From assembly GCA_040390045.1 (NCBI GenBank), contig JAZJZC010000001.1:254318-318317 (forward strand): DNA of 64,000 nt, written 5' to 3'. This document shows positions 18,896-28,835 of this stretch, piece after piece. Under the pieces are notes generated by a model. It was not told where the DNA came from. It did no database searches and saw nothing but the letters and a program-made list of their open reading frames with translations. The first letter of the stretch is position 1; every line of letters starts with the position of its first letter. The translations under genes were made by a program, and so were the position numbers. The stretch comes from Patescibacteria group bacterium. Lineage in GTDB: Bacteria > Patescibacteriota > Minisyncoccia > Phycocordibacterales > SIBU01.

Positions 18896-20086
18896 ATGAA
18901 AAAGTGCCATTTGTGTAATAAAAATAAAGCTGTTGAATTTTTAAATCTAGGCAAACAACCACTCGCCAATAAATATCCGGAGAGTGCGACGAAATTTAAA
19001 ACGGAAGACTTTTTTCCACTCGCTGTTTTTTTCTGCACCAACTGTAAAAATGTTCAGCTCGGCACTATTGTTTCTCGAGAAAGAATGTTTGAAGATTATT
19101 ATTACCTCTCGTCGGTGAACCCTGGGTTGGTCAGGCATTTTGAAAAATTTGCTCAAAAAATTAAAAAATCTAAATTTGTGGTGGATGTTGGAAGTAACGA
19201 CGGCATTTTTCTAAAACCCCTCAAAGCCCTCGGTGTGAAAGCCGTTGGTGTTGATCCGTCTATCAATGTCGGCAAAATCGCAAACGATGCGGGACTTACA
19301 ACCATCGTAGCGTTCTTCAATAACGAGAGTGCAGAAACCATCACAAAAAAATACGGGAAACCCGACGTCGTGGTGGCGAGCAGTATTTTCACCCACCTCG
19401 AAGACCCTCATCAATTTATTGACGCAGTAAAGAAACTGATGACAGCCGACGGTGAATTTATTATTGAAGTCGAGTACATCGGCAATATTTTGAAAGATGT
19501 CCAGTTTGAACGATTCTACCTTGATCGAATTTTTTACTATTCCCTCACCTCACTCGCCAATCTTTTCCAAATGCATGGCATGTACGTTTCCGACGTTGAA
19601 GAAATCGAACCACACGGCGGATCTCTTCGTGTCACTGCCAAAAATATCGGCAACGGTAAAAAACCTTCAGCAAAAGTGACAAAACTTTTAAAACAAGAAA
19701 CAGTCACACTTAATCCTAAGAAACTAAAAGAGTTTAAGGAAAGAGTAGAAAGTTATATCAAAGCTTTCCGAGAGAAACTTCTGGAATACAAGAAGGAAAA
19801 ATTAAAAGTTGGCGGGTATGGCGCGCCGGCCCGTGTAGCCACCATTACAAACTTCGGCAAAATCGGACCTGAACTTATCGATTTTATCGTCGATGACAGT
19901 CCACTGAAGCAAAATCGTTTTAGTCCTGGCATGCACATTCCGATTGTACCAAAGGAGCATCTAGCAAAAAATAAACCAGATGTACTCGTCGTGTTTGCAT
20001 ACGAATATTTTGACGATATTAAGAAAAAAACCAAGGAAGGAAAATATCGCTACTTAATCGCCATTCCACCGAGAGAAGTAAAATAA
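18896..20086 (+). CDS. NDP-sugar C-methyltransferase-like protein (Zn-binding N-terminus), variant active site
   Basis: CHLC..CTNC, DVGSNDG, PHGGSLR, GYGAPA; FYLDR instead of IYHEH. Confidence 0.85.
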   Translation: MKKCHLCNKNKAVEFLNLGKQPLANKYPESATKFKTEDFFPLAVFFCTNCKNVQLGTIVSRERMFEDYYYLSSVNPGLVRHFEKFAQKIKKSKFVVDVGSNDGIFLKPLKALGVKAVGVDPSINVGKIANDAGLTTIVAFFNNESAETITKKYGKPDVVVASSIFTHLEDPHQFIDAVKKLMTADGEFIIEVEYIGNILKDVQFERFYLDRIFYYSLTSLANLFQMHGMYVSDVEEIEPHGGSLRVTAKNIGNGKKPSAKVTKLLKQETVTLNPKKLKEFKERVESYIKAFREKLLEYKKEKLKVGGYGAPARVATITNFGKIGPELIDFIVDDSPLKQNRFSPGMHIPIVPKEHLAKNKPDVLVVFAYEYFDDIKKKTKEGKYRYLIAIPPREVK

Positions 20087-20091
20087 AAACC

Positions 20092-21270
20092 ATGTCACAG
20101 AAAATCATCAACGAAGATATTGCAACCATAGCAAAAGGCTTGGGAAAGGATGCCAAAAAATTTGAAGGCAAGACTATTTTTATGAGCGGTGGTGGCGGGT
20201 TTTTAGGAAAATACATTACCGGCGTACTCTGCTACCTCAACGACAATGTGTTCAACACACCCTGCCGAATTATTTCTGTCGACAACTTTATCACCGGCTC
20301 CCCTCACCCGCATTTCAATTACAAAGGGAGGGCTGATGTTTTGGAAGTTTGGGGCGACATTACCCAACCACTTCCCATCCGTGAACCAATCCACTACATT
20401 ATCCACGCCGCAGGACTCGCCTCTCCAGTTTTTTACAAAAAATATCCGCTTGAAACCATCGACAGCGCGGTGACCGGCGTCAGACATCTACTTGATCTCG
20501 CCAAGAAAAATAAAGATACCATTGAAGGTTTTTTGTTTTTCAGCTCCAGTGAAATTTACGGCGACCCTGACGAAAAAGCTGTGCCAACGCCAGAAACCTA
20601 CCACGGCTACGTTTCTTCTGTCGGTCCTCGCGCTTGTTACGACGAGTCCAAACGTCTCGGCGAAACCATCACCACCATTTATTTTGAGCAATTTGGCATT
20701 CCAGGAAAAATCGTCCGACCGTTCAATGTCTTCGGCCCGGGTATGGGACACAACGATCGCCGCGTGCTTCCGATGTTTGCCTACAAAGCGCTCAATTCAG
20801 AAACCATTCCAGTTCACGGTGATGGTCACCAAACCCGAACTTTTTGTTACATCACTGACGCCATCACCGGCTTTCTCAAGGTGCTTCTCATAGGCCGAGC
20901 CGGTCAAGCCTACAATATTGGCAACGAAGATAACGAAATCTCGATGGCTGACTTGGCCAAACTTTTTGTGGAAATTGAAGGCGGAGGAGCTTCATTTGAA
21001 CTCATCCCCTATCCAGCAACCTACCCAGGCGGTGAGCCACAGAGACGCTGTCCTGATCTCACTAAGGCTGAAGTTGATCTCGCGTATAAATCAGCAGTGA
21101 GTCTCAAAGATGGCTTAACTCGTTTTATCGATTGGTGCCGAACTCAAGAAATGTATGTTGGGAAAGCACCCGGAGCTAAAACGGAAAGTATAAAAAAATC
21201 TGCGCCCAAGAAAAAAACGAAAAAAGTTGCACCTAAGAAAAAATCTTCAAAATCTAAAAAAACTCGATGA
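20092..21270 (+). CDS. UDP-glucuronate decarboxylase (UXS)-like SDR with Lys-rich tail
   Basis: GGGGFLG, AGLASP, SSSEIYGDP, GPRACYDESKR, QTRTFCY. Confidence 0.9.
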   Translation: MSQKIINEDIATIAKGLGKDAKKFEGKTIFMSGGGGFLGKYITGVLCYLNDNVFNTPCRIISVDNFITGSPHPHFNYKGRADVLEVWGDITQPLPIREPIHYIIHAAGLASPVFYKKYPLETIDSAVTGVRHLLDLAKKNKDTIEGFLFFSSSEIYGDPDEKAVPTPETYHGYVSSVGPRACYDESKRLGETITTIYFEQFGIPGKIVRPFNVFGPGMGHNDRRVLPMFAYKALNSETIPVHGDGHQTRTFCYITDAITGFLKVLLIGRAGQAYNIGNEDNEISMADLAKLFVEIEGGGASFELIPYPATYPGGEPQRRCPDLTKAEVDLAYKSAVSLKDGLTRFIDWCRTQEMYVGKAPGAKTESIKKSAPKKKTKKVAPKKKSSKSKKTR

Positions 21271-22157
21271 TCCTAGGACTTATCGGTGTTGGTACATGGG
21301 GAAAAAATATTCTCGCAACCCTTGAAAAAATTCCAAATGTCGAGGTGAAATATCTCTGCGCCAAAAATCCAGAATCGCTCGTAGGCTTCGAAAAGAAATA
21401 CGAAAAAATTTCTGATTGGCGGAAACTTCTCGATAAACCTGATCTTGATGGAGTTTGCATCGCGACACCACCAGCCACTCATGCTGAAATTGCCGCGGCT
21501 TTTGTAGAACGCGGTAAAGCAGTGTTAGTCGAAAAACCGATGGTGACAAACCTTGAAGATGCCCTCAAACTACAAGCCATTGTACAAAAGAAAAGTTCCC
21601 TCCTCATGGTTGGTTTCGAATATCTTTTCAACGACCACATCACCTATCTAAAAAAAGAAATTGAGAAAGGAACTTTTGGAAAAATTCTGGAGGTCACCTA
21701 CGAGCATTATGTAAGCCCCTCGCGATCTGACGTTGATATTTTTTGGGATGTTGCTCCACACCCGTTTTCCATTTTTCAGTATTTATTCAATCCAGAAAAA
21801 TTAACCTCCTCCGAAGGAAAAATCGAGCGTGAGATAGTCTCGGTAAAAATTCAATTTCAAAATTCTCCACTGCTTGAAATCAATGCTACCTCTTCCGGTT
21901 CCACCAAAACTCGAAAACTTGTTTTGCTGGGTGAAAATGCCACGGCGACACTAGACGAAACAGTAACCGAAAATAAATTATCGATCATTAAAAACGGCAA
22001 AATTCTGTTCCCGGAAATACGCGCTTCCGCCCCACTTCAAAACGAACTCGAACATTTTATTCAGTGTATACAGTCCGGCAAAACGCCACTCACCGATGTT
22101 GATTTCGGTTGCAAGATTACGGAGTGGCTCGAAACAATTTCAAAAAATCAAAAATAA
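21267..22157 (+). CDS. Gfo/Idh/MocA oxidoreductase
   Basis: IGVGTWG, IATPPATH, VEKP, DVAPH. Confidence 0.9.
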   Translation: MILGLIGVGTWGKNILATLEKIPNVEVKYLCAKNPESLVGFEKKYEKISDWRKLLDKPDLDGVCIATPPATHAEIAAAFVERGKAVLVEKPMVTNLEDALKLQAIVQKKSSLLMVGFEYLFNDHITYLKKEIEKGTFGKILEVTYEHYVSPSRSDVDIFWDVAPHPFSIFQYLFNPEKLTSSEGKIEREIVSVKIQFQNSPLLEINATSSGSTKTRKLVLLGENATATLDETVTENKLSIIKNGKILFPEIRASAPLQNELEHFIQCIQSGKTPLTDVDFGCKITEWLETISKNQK

Positions 22158-22177
22158 TTTCTTGATTTCGTTTTAGT

Positions 22178-22251
22178 CATATACCCCTTATTCGTGAGAA
22201 TAAGGGGTATATGGTAAAAAATAAAATCCCCGCAAGCAAACTTGCGGGGAT
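22178..22251. terminator. Two hairpins between convergent genes
   Basis: catataccccttattc-gtga-gaataaggggtatatg (22178-22213); atccccgcaag-caaa-cttgcggggat (22226-22251). Confidence 0.65.
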
Positions 22252-22267
22252 AGAAAAATCTTCAGAA

Positions 22268-22918
22268 CTAACTTCCCGAGTCGCGCCACTCAAGGTACTG
22301 CAACGCACGAGTGATACTCACAAGGTCGCCTTTCGCCTCATATGTGTGAATGCGCTGGAGCTCGGTCGCGATCAACTGCCGTCGTGTACCTCTCAGCGTC
22401 CCTTGCGAATGGGCGACCGTTTCAGCCCAAGGCAAGGTAGCGCCAACTTGGCAATAGATCTTGAGTGTGGGAACACCGACATCGTACGCTGCGCTCACCG
22501 CCGAGATAAACGCGCGGGGCAGGTGGAACGGCGGCGCGATGATGCACAACTTCGAAAGGTGGTGATGTTGGGCATATTTCATCAATGCCAGCGATTCGGA
22601 GAAGGTATTGAGTGGCTCGAAACAGGGCACCATGTTGATTTTTTCCCTACGAACACCGCATGACACAAAGTGCGTAATCCACGGATAAGAACCGGGGTAA
22701 CCCTTGTTTGTGCCATCTGCGTCGTCAAGAATCAGCAACTGAGATACTCCGCCGGAGAGGCTGAGCCGAATCGCCGGCACAAAGACGGAACCCTGGTTAT
22801 CTGACGTCTGAGTGTACAGATACGCCGGCATATGACTCTCGGGCGGCAACGCGTCCGTTAGGACGATGGTGGTGAGTTGCTGAAGCAGTATTTCTTCTGG
22901 GCTAATTTGGTGGGCCAC
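22268..22918 (-). CDS. DUF218/YdcF-like protein (orphan cassette)
   Basis: LNTFSES..., IIAPPFHLPRAF, ELQRI..Y..KG; AAGGAGG before GTG; TTGACA-16-TAGAAT at 23020-22993. Confidence 0.7.
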   Translation of the reverse strand: MAHQISPEEILLQQLTTIVLTDALPPESHMPAYLYTQTSDNQGSVFVPAIRLSLSGGVSQLLILDDADGTNKGYPGSYPWITHFVSCGVRREKINMVPCFEPLNTFSESLALMKYAQHHHLSKLCIIAPPFHLPRAFISAVSAAYDVGVPTLKIYCQVGATLPWAETVAHSQGTLRGTRRQLIATELQRIHTYEAKGDLVSITRALQYLEWRDSGS

Positions 22919-23034
22919 AAAGCCTCCTTTTGGTTGAATTTTGACGGACAATCCTTGAAACCTCTCGCACGAGCGGTTTCTGATCTGGCACAATTCTACA
23001 CAGATTTGTTACTGTGTCAATGACTCCTTCTGTT

Positions 23035-23127
23035 CCTCCTTCTTAAAGGAGGTGGCTGAGTCTTCGAGGCCGGAGGATTTTAAATCCCTCCCTCATTAGA
23101 ATGTCGCGCTCCCTTTTAAAAGGGAGC
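23035..23127. repeat. REP-like cluster of hairpins
   Basis: cctcctt...aaggagg; ggaggattt/aaatccctcc; perfect gctcccttttaaaagggagc overlapping the GT4 stop. Confidence 0.55.
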
Positions 23128-24294
23128 ATTAACCGACACAAAATCGATAATCCTCTTAGCTCTTTTATCCCAGGTTAAATCTAAAACTTTTTGAAAAGCC
23201 TGTTCGGCAATGCGCGCACCAAAACCCTCGTCATTCAAAACTTTTTCAATCCCCTCTTGTAAACTTTCCATGCTATCCGGCGCTACAAAAACCGCAGTGC
23301 TCTCTTCTAAAATTTCTCGCACTGCCGGCAAATCTGAAGTGACAATCGGTCGGCGCGCCGCCATGTATTCAAACATTTTCATCGGCGACATAAAATTTCG
23401 GTAATATTCTGTGTTTGGATAATTCATCACGAGCACATCCGAAGCTCGCATAAACTTTGCCACGTCCACATGCGAAACATGCTCGATCAACGTAAACGCT
23501 TCCATTGGAATTTTTTCTCGTGAAAGTATTTTGCCAAGCTCATCTTTTTCATCATCACTCAAGCCAACAATAAGAAGGTGCGCGTCAGTTCTCTGCACCT
23601 GAACTAATCTAAAAGCAGCCACTAAAGAATCGACACCCTTATCCATTCCCATAGTTTTATATTTCCCGACATAGGCCACAATTTTAGCGTCCGCCGGTAA
23701 TTTTAAAATCTCGCGCAACTGCGCTTTTGATTCCCCTCCTGAAAAAATTCCGAGATCAACTCCGTTCGGCGCTACCAAAATTTTCTCAGGGTTAAATCCC
23801 GCCTTCACAAAATCATTTTTGATAATGGAATTTACGGTAATCACCTTCTCCGCTCTTTTTAATAACGGGAGCATTCGTCTGCGGTATGCACCAATACCGA
23901 CATGCGTTTCAAAAATCACGCGGTACCCGAGAAACGTCAAAAGGCAGCCCAAATTGTCCATCGTGTAAATAATGCGTTTGCGCGATCCAAAAAGAAAAAA
24001 TAGTAGAACCAACTTATAAAAATGTAGATATTGAAAAACAAATGCCAATCTGCCCAACACGTTACCAAAAATTAAAAAATCAAAACTCCAAATTTTCCGG
24101 ACTCGAAAGGGCGTCTGTACGGAGTAATACTGCATCGGGTCAATTTTAATTTCTTTGAAACGCTTCGGCACAACAAGTTCCACCTCAAGTCCTTGCGCGG
24201 AGAGCGATTCACAAAACCTCGCCAAATAACTGCTATGTGCGGCAGTACTGGGAAATCTGGTGTTGCACAAAACTGTAATTTTGGTTCCCATCAT
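23116..24294 (-). CDS. GT4 glycosyltransferase
   Basis: APNGVD, SPMKMFEYMAA..PIV.SD. Confidence 0.92.
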   Translation of the reverse strand: MMGTKITVLCNTRFPSTAAHSSYLARFCESLSAQGLEVELVVPKRFKEIKIDPMQYYSVQTPFRVRKIWSFDFLIFGNVLGRLAFVFQYLHFYKLVLLFFLFGSRKRIIYTMDNLGCLLTFLGYRVIFETHVGIGAYRRRMLPLLKRAEKVITVNSIIKNDFVKAGFNPEKILVAPNGVDLGIFSGGESKAQLREILKLPADAKIVAYVGKYKTMGMDKGVDSLVAAFRLVQVQRTDAHLLIVGLSDDEKDELGKILSREKIPMEAFTLIEHVSHVDVAKFMRASDVLVMNYPNTEYYRNFMSPMKMFEYMAARRPIVTSDLPAVREILEESTAVFVAPDSMESLQEGIEKVLNDEGFGARIAEQAFQKVLDLTWDKRAKRIIDFVSVNAPF

Positions 24295-25358
24295 TTTTTA
24301 TCTACAACCTGTCTAAAAATTCCTGCTAAATTTTCCGCTAACTTTTTTGTAGTATACCTTTCTGATCTGGTTTTTGCTCGTTCGCCGAGTCGAACCGCGA
24401 ACGCTTGATCAGCCAACAATCTTTCAATAGCTTTTCGTAACGCTCCGGGATTTTCCGCTGGGACAATCAAGCCTTCTCCTTGATCGCTGAAATAATCAGC
24501 AAGTGTTTCCCGCTCGCTTGCAACAATAGCTTTTCCGAGCGACATGGCGTCGAGTAACACGTATTGTCCCGAACAATCAGAGGCGTCTAGATGCTTCTCA
24601 CTTTTAGTTGGAATAACCACAAAAAGCGCTTCCCTATACAACTCTACAAGTTTAGGAAAAGCTACAAAACCCAAAACTTTCAAGTTCGGTGGAATATTTT
24701 TCACACCACTGAGATTTCTCGGCAAGGCGGCAACTCTCACTTCAATTGGCAAATCTTTCACTGCCTCGGCGAGCGTTTGATAATCTCGTCCGTTGTCTTT
24801 CCCAACGCTCAAAATGAAAGGTTTTGTGTTTCGAGAAGGTTCAATTTTTCGTGACATGAATTCAATATCAATACCGTTCGGCACAAAAAATATTTTAGTG
24901 GCGTCAAACCCCTCGGCAATTAAAAAATCCCGCTGAGCGGTCGAAGGACAAACAATCGCATCGAGCGAGGCAATGGTTTTTCGCAAAAGCCAAAGCTTGA
25001 ACTTGTTGTCTGAATTTCTTTTTAAAGTATTCGTAAAAAAAGTATTGTACCAAACGAACTTCGGTCGTTTCATCCGCAAAATAACCTTCGCAACAAGCGG
25101 CAAAAAAAGCGACGCGCCGGAAAAGACAACATCGTATCGAAAAAGCGCTGGCAACAAAAAAAGATTGGTTAGATTAAAATTTTTCTTCCGAATGTAATTA
25201 AGAAAACGGTTTTCAATATACCGCGCGTCCACTCCGAAATCTTTCAAATGATTAAACCCTATCAAATGACTATCAGGCATAGCTCCCTTTTCCCAATCGG
25301 CCAAAAGTTTCCGCCGTTCGCCTGCGAAAAGATAGAGTACGTTAGTGTTGGCAGTCAT
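24291..25358 (-). CDS. GT4 glycosyltransferase
   Basis: PNGID, SVG...RDY.TL, GQYVLLDAMSLGKAIV. Confidence 0.9.
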   Translation of the reverse strand: MTANTNVLYLFAGERRKLLADWEKGAMPDSHLIGFNHLKDFGVDARYIENRFLNYIRKKNFNLTNLFLLPALFRYDVVFSGASLFLPLVAKVILRMKRPKFVWYNTFFTNTLKRNSDNKFKLWLLRKTIASLDAIVCPSTAQRDFLIAEGFDATKIFFVPNGIDIEFMSRKIEPSRNTKPFILSVGKDNGRDYQTLAEAVKDLPIEVRVAALPRNLSGVKNIPPNLKVLGFVAFPKLVELYREALFVVIPTKSEKHLDASDCSGQYVLLDAMSLGKAIVASERETLADYFSDQGEGLIVPAENPGALRKAIERLLADQAFAVRLGERAKTRSERYTTKKLAENLAGIFRQVVDKK

Positions 25359-25470
25359 AGATTGTTTGAAATTGAACCCAAATGATAGCACAAACTGTAC
25401 ATTGGGAAATAACTTGAATGTCTGTAACAAAAATGCTACTTTGCCAAAAGAATCGTAGAAAAGGAACAAC

Positions 25471-26142
25471 ATGAAAAAAAGACTTCTGCAGAAGTATGCA
25501 GCGTTGGTGCGCGTGGTTCGCGAGGAACACATAAAGGCTGGCATGGAAGCGCAGGGACACTGCTTCTATCACTGCTATGCGGCAGCCAATATGTGTCTCA
25601 CAATTGCGCCGAACAGAAAAATTGCTGAATTGGCGTGGGTAGCGGCGATGCTCCACAACATTGACCACATTTTCGGTAAAAACGTCGTCCAGTGGTACAT
25701 CAATCGCTATCTGGACCTGACGCCCCTTTGCAAACCCGAGAGAGCAATTATTCTCGACGCTGTGCTCAAGCATGGAGACTTCAATTACTCGACCGACGGC
25801 ATTGTCCTTCGAGTCCTGAAGGATGCGGACATGATCGTGAACATGGGACTCACGGTCGCCATGCGCTCCGCCCGGTTTCGCCCGACTACACCGCTTTTCA
25901 ATCCGCGATTTCTCATGCGACGCGATCCTTCAGCAACGTTCAAAGAGCCGGGCACGATCCTCCAAAATCTCAACCACGTTCTCGCGTGGTGGGAAGATGG
26001 TTGGATCCGCCTGCCGAAATCGAAACCCATCGCTCGGCGGAGGTACAAGGCGCTTAGGGCTTATGTCAATGAACTGACCCGACAGCTTGTGGAAGAAGGT
26101 CTGCTCCGGCCGAAGTTCCCCAAAAAACTCATCGTCACCTAA
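25471..26142 (+). CDS. HD-domain protein (YedJ-like), HN variant; paralog 1
   Basis: GHCFYH..., AMLHNIDH, KH, DAD; terminator at 26154-26183. Confidence 0.75.
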   Translation: MKKRLLQKYAALVRVVREEHIKAGMEAQGHCFYHCYAAANMCLTIAPNRKIAELAWVAAMLHNIDHIFGKNVVQWYINRYLDLTPLCKPERAIILDAVLKHGDFNYSTDGIVLRVLKDADMIVNMGLTVAMRSARFRPTTPLFNPRFLMRRDPSATFKEPGTILQNLNHVLAWWEDGWIRLPKSKPIARRRYKALRAYVNELTRQLVEEGLLRPKFPKKLIVT

Positions 26143-26277
26143 CAAAAAACGCGACCGTTCCGATCAACATCGGAACGGTTTTTCTTTTTTCTCTACCTTC
26201 CCGCACACTATTGACTCAATCCAAAATACATGTTAATGTGCCGTCTAGTTAGAAAACGAAATTCGGTCTTAGAAAAA

Positions 26278-26961
26278 ATGAAACCTCAGAATATCCTACT
26301 ATCCCGATATGGGACATTGGTGGAAATGGTTAGGGCGGATCACATCGCAAAAGGAGCGATCGGCAAAGGACATGACTTCTATCACGCATTACGCGTGGCA
26401 AACATGTGCCTCAAAATTAGCGACTATGACTCCCTGATTGATGAGCTGGCCTGGGTTGCTGGGTTAATTCACAACGTCGATCATCTGTTCCCAGCAAACG
26501 AAATCGGCAGTAACCTTATCCGGTATTTTGATGCGACCAGCCTCTGCGCCGAATACCGCCACATCATAAAGCTCGCGGTTGAACGGCACAGTGGCCGCAA
26601 TCATCCGGACGACAGCGATGTGCAAATCTGCCTCATGGACGCCGACAAAGTGGTGTGCCTCGAAGCTGACGTGATTATGCGCGCGGCACAATTTGTTTGC
26701 CATCTGCCGACGTTTGATCCGCGTTTTGTTCGGACCGACGATCCATCAGCCAATTACCGGAACCCGAAAACGGTGATTCGTGATTTGTTAGGTGTCCTTG
26801 AATGGGTCGATCTAGATGGCTGGTTCCGACTGCCTAAAGCTCTGGAGATGGCACAGGAGCGCGCAAAGTTCATCCGACTTTTCATCAACACCTTCGCCAG
26901 ACAACTGGAGGCCGCGAACATGCTATCGCCGGAATTTCCGGAAGAGCTTATCACCAACTAA
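26278..26961 (+). CDS. HD-domain protein (YedJ-like), HN variant; paralog 2
   Basis: GHDFYHALRV, IHNVDH, RHS, DADK; promoter TTGACT-17-TAATGT at 26211-26239; terminator at 26977-27004. Confidence 0.78.
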   Translation: MKPQNILLSRYGTLVEMVRADHIAKGAIGKGHDFYHALRVANMCLKISDYDSLIDELAWVAGLIHNVDHLFPANEIGSNLIRYFDATSLCAEYRHIIKLAVERHSGRNHPDDSDVQICLMDADKVVCLEADVIMRAAQFVCHLPTFDPRFVRTDDPSANYRNPKTVIRDLLGVLEWVDLDGWFRLPKALEMAQERAKFIRLFINTFARQLEAANMLSPEFPEELITN

Positions 26962-27074
26962 CGCGAAACCTTTCACAACCGCCCTTGTAACCAAGGCGGT
27001 TTTTCTTTGGTTATATTATGATTGAAACATTGCAAAACCCTTGGAAATATGCCAAAATTTGGCACTATCGTACT

Positions 27075-28415
27075 ATGAAATCTCACAAAAAAAGCCCGAA
27101 AAATATAGATCTTCAAGCGGAAGCCCTGAAAGATCTCTACGAGGTTGCTACTGTCTGCAGAATGTGTAAAAGCACTGACCTATTCCCTTATCTTGATTTG
27201 GGATTTACACCACATGCCGACCAATTTCGCGCCGCGCATGAACTTGATATTCCGGAAATTTTTTACCCGCTTCGCGTCCTCATGTGTGAGAATTGCGGAC
27301 TTTCCCAATTGAGCCACATTGTTAATCCAAAAGTTCTGTATCAATTTGATTACCCTTACGAACAATCCATGACCAAAACTGGTCAGGCGCACTGGAATGG
27401 ATTTGCCCAATCGGTAATTTCGAAATTAAACCTGAAGAAAGGCGACGTGGTTGTCGACATTGGCAGTAACGTCGGAACTCTTTTGAAATCTTTTAAAACG
27501 CTTGGTATGAAAACTATCGGTGTTGATCCAGCGCCAAACATTGTAGAAATTGCCAACAAAGAACACGGCATCCAAACTCTCTGCGATTTTTTCGGCACAA
27601 AAAGCGCTAAGAAAGTGAAAAAATTAGTTGGTCCGGTTTCAGTTGTAGTTGGCGCCAACGTCTTCGCTCATATTCACGATTTGGACGACGTAATGCGCGC
27701 GGTAAAATTTCTCCTAAAAAAAGATGGGGTTTTTATTTTTGAATCTCCCTATTTCAAACACCTCGTCGACTCTCTTGAATACGACACGATCTACCACGAA
27801 CATCTCTCGTATCTTTCGGTAAAACCCTTGATTCCATTTTTTAATAAATTCGGTCTTGAAGTTTTCTCAGTTGAAGAAACCGACATTCACGGCGGCTCGT
27901 TCCGAGTATTTGTCGGCAGAAAAGGCGTACACCCGATTGATGCCAGCGTCCAAAAATTTGTTACGATCGAAAAAGAAACCAAACTTCACGAAAAAGAAAC
28001 CATGCTCGATTTTGCCAAACGCGTCCGAAAAAATCGCGACGACTTAATGACCATGATTGAAAAACTTTTACACCAAGGTAAAAAAGTCGCCGCAGTTTCC
28101 GCTCCCGCCAAAGGCATGACGCTTCTTAATTACATTGGAATTTCCAATCGCCACATCACACTTATCTCCGAAAAAGCGCGCCTCAAAATTGGCCGTTTTG
28201 CTCCGGGAGGCCATGGTGGTGGACACATTCCGGTTGTATCTGATGAAGAACTGCTCAAAGAAAATGTTGATTATGCGCTTCTCCTTGCCTGGAATTTTTC
28301 CAAAGAAATTATTGATAACCTAAAAACCTTCAGCGACAAGGGTGGAAAATTTATTATCCCAATTCCCTTCCCGAAAATCGTAGGAGCTAACGAGTACAAA
28401 AAGAATGATAATTAA
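27075..28415 (+). CDS. NDP-sugar C3-methyltransferase
   Basis: CRMC..CENC, DIGSN, NVFAH, YDTIYHEHLSY, HGGS, APAKG.TLLNY. Confidence 0.92.
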   Translation: MKSHKKSPKNIDLQAEALKDLYEVATVCRMCKSTDLFPYLDLGFTPHADQFRAAHELDIPEIFYPLRVLMCENCGLSQLSHIVNPKVLYQFDYPYEQSMTKTGQAHWNGFAQSVISKLNLKKGDVVVDIGSNVGTLLKSFKTLGMKTIGVDPAPNIVEIANKEHGIQTLCDFFGTKSAKKVKKLVGPVSVVVGANVFAHIHDLDDVMRAVKFLLKKDGVFIFESPYFKHLVDSLEYDTIYHEHLSYLSVKPLIPFFNKFGLEVFSVEETDIHGGSFRVFVGRKGVHPIDASVQKFVTIEKETKLHEKETMLDFAKRVRKNRDDLMTMIEKLLHQGKKVAAVSAPAKGMTLLNYIGISNRHITLISEKARLKIGRFAPGGHGGGHIPVVSDEELLKENVDYALLLAWNFSKEIIDNLKTFSDKGGKFIIPIPFPKIVGANEYKKNDN

Positions 28416-28791
28416 ACATCTAAAAAATAATTTTGAGGACGAACGTGGGATTATTCACGACATTACAACCCACACACTGATTGATGCTATTACCTACATC
28501 ACCTTTAAAAAAGAAAGCGTGCGAGGCAATCACTTCCACAACAAGACGATGCAGTATGATTATATTTTGGAAGGCAAATTTCTCTGCCGTTCAAGAAAAG
28601 GCTACGATGGCAAAGTGGAAGAAGCTACCGTTTCTGCCGGCGATCTCATCACTCACGAATTCCCCGACCATCACGCCTACAAAGCGCTTGAAAATGGAGT
28701 AATGATAAGTTGCACGTTGGGACCAAGACAGGGTGATGAATTTGAAACTGATGTTGTCAGACTCACAGGGAAAGAGAAACTCATTGATTAA
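28405..28791 (+). CDS. Cupin (RmlC/FdtA-like sugar epimerase/isomerase)
   Basis: FEDERGII, VRGNHFH, HHAY. Confidence 0.8.
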   Translation: MIIKHLKNNFEDERGIIHDITTHTLIDAITYITFKKESVRGNHFHNKTMQYDYILEGKFLCRSRKGYDGKVEEATVSAGDLITHEFPDHHAYKALENGVMISCTLGPRQGDEFETDVVRLTGKEKLID

Positions 28792-28794
28792 TTT

Positions 28795-28835
28795 AAAAAG
28801 CCCCCCGATTCGCAAAGCGAATCGGGGGGCTTTTT
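28795..28835. terminator. Bidirectional terminator / REP-like palindrome
   Basis: aaaaagccccccgattcgc aaa gcgaatcggggggcttttt between convergent genes. Confidence 0.8.

Noticed and set aside
22211-22663. 150-aa + strand ORF
   Set aside because: Antisense shadow of the DUF218-like gene, which has the promoter, SD and motifs.
25471-27004. Integron cassette array (ACCTAAC overlaps the first HD stop)
   Set aside because: No matching GTTRRRY or attC structure and no intI; the genes carry their own promoters and terminators.
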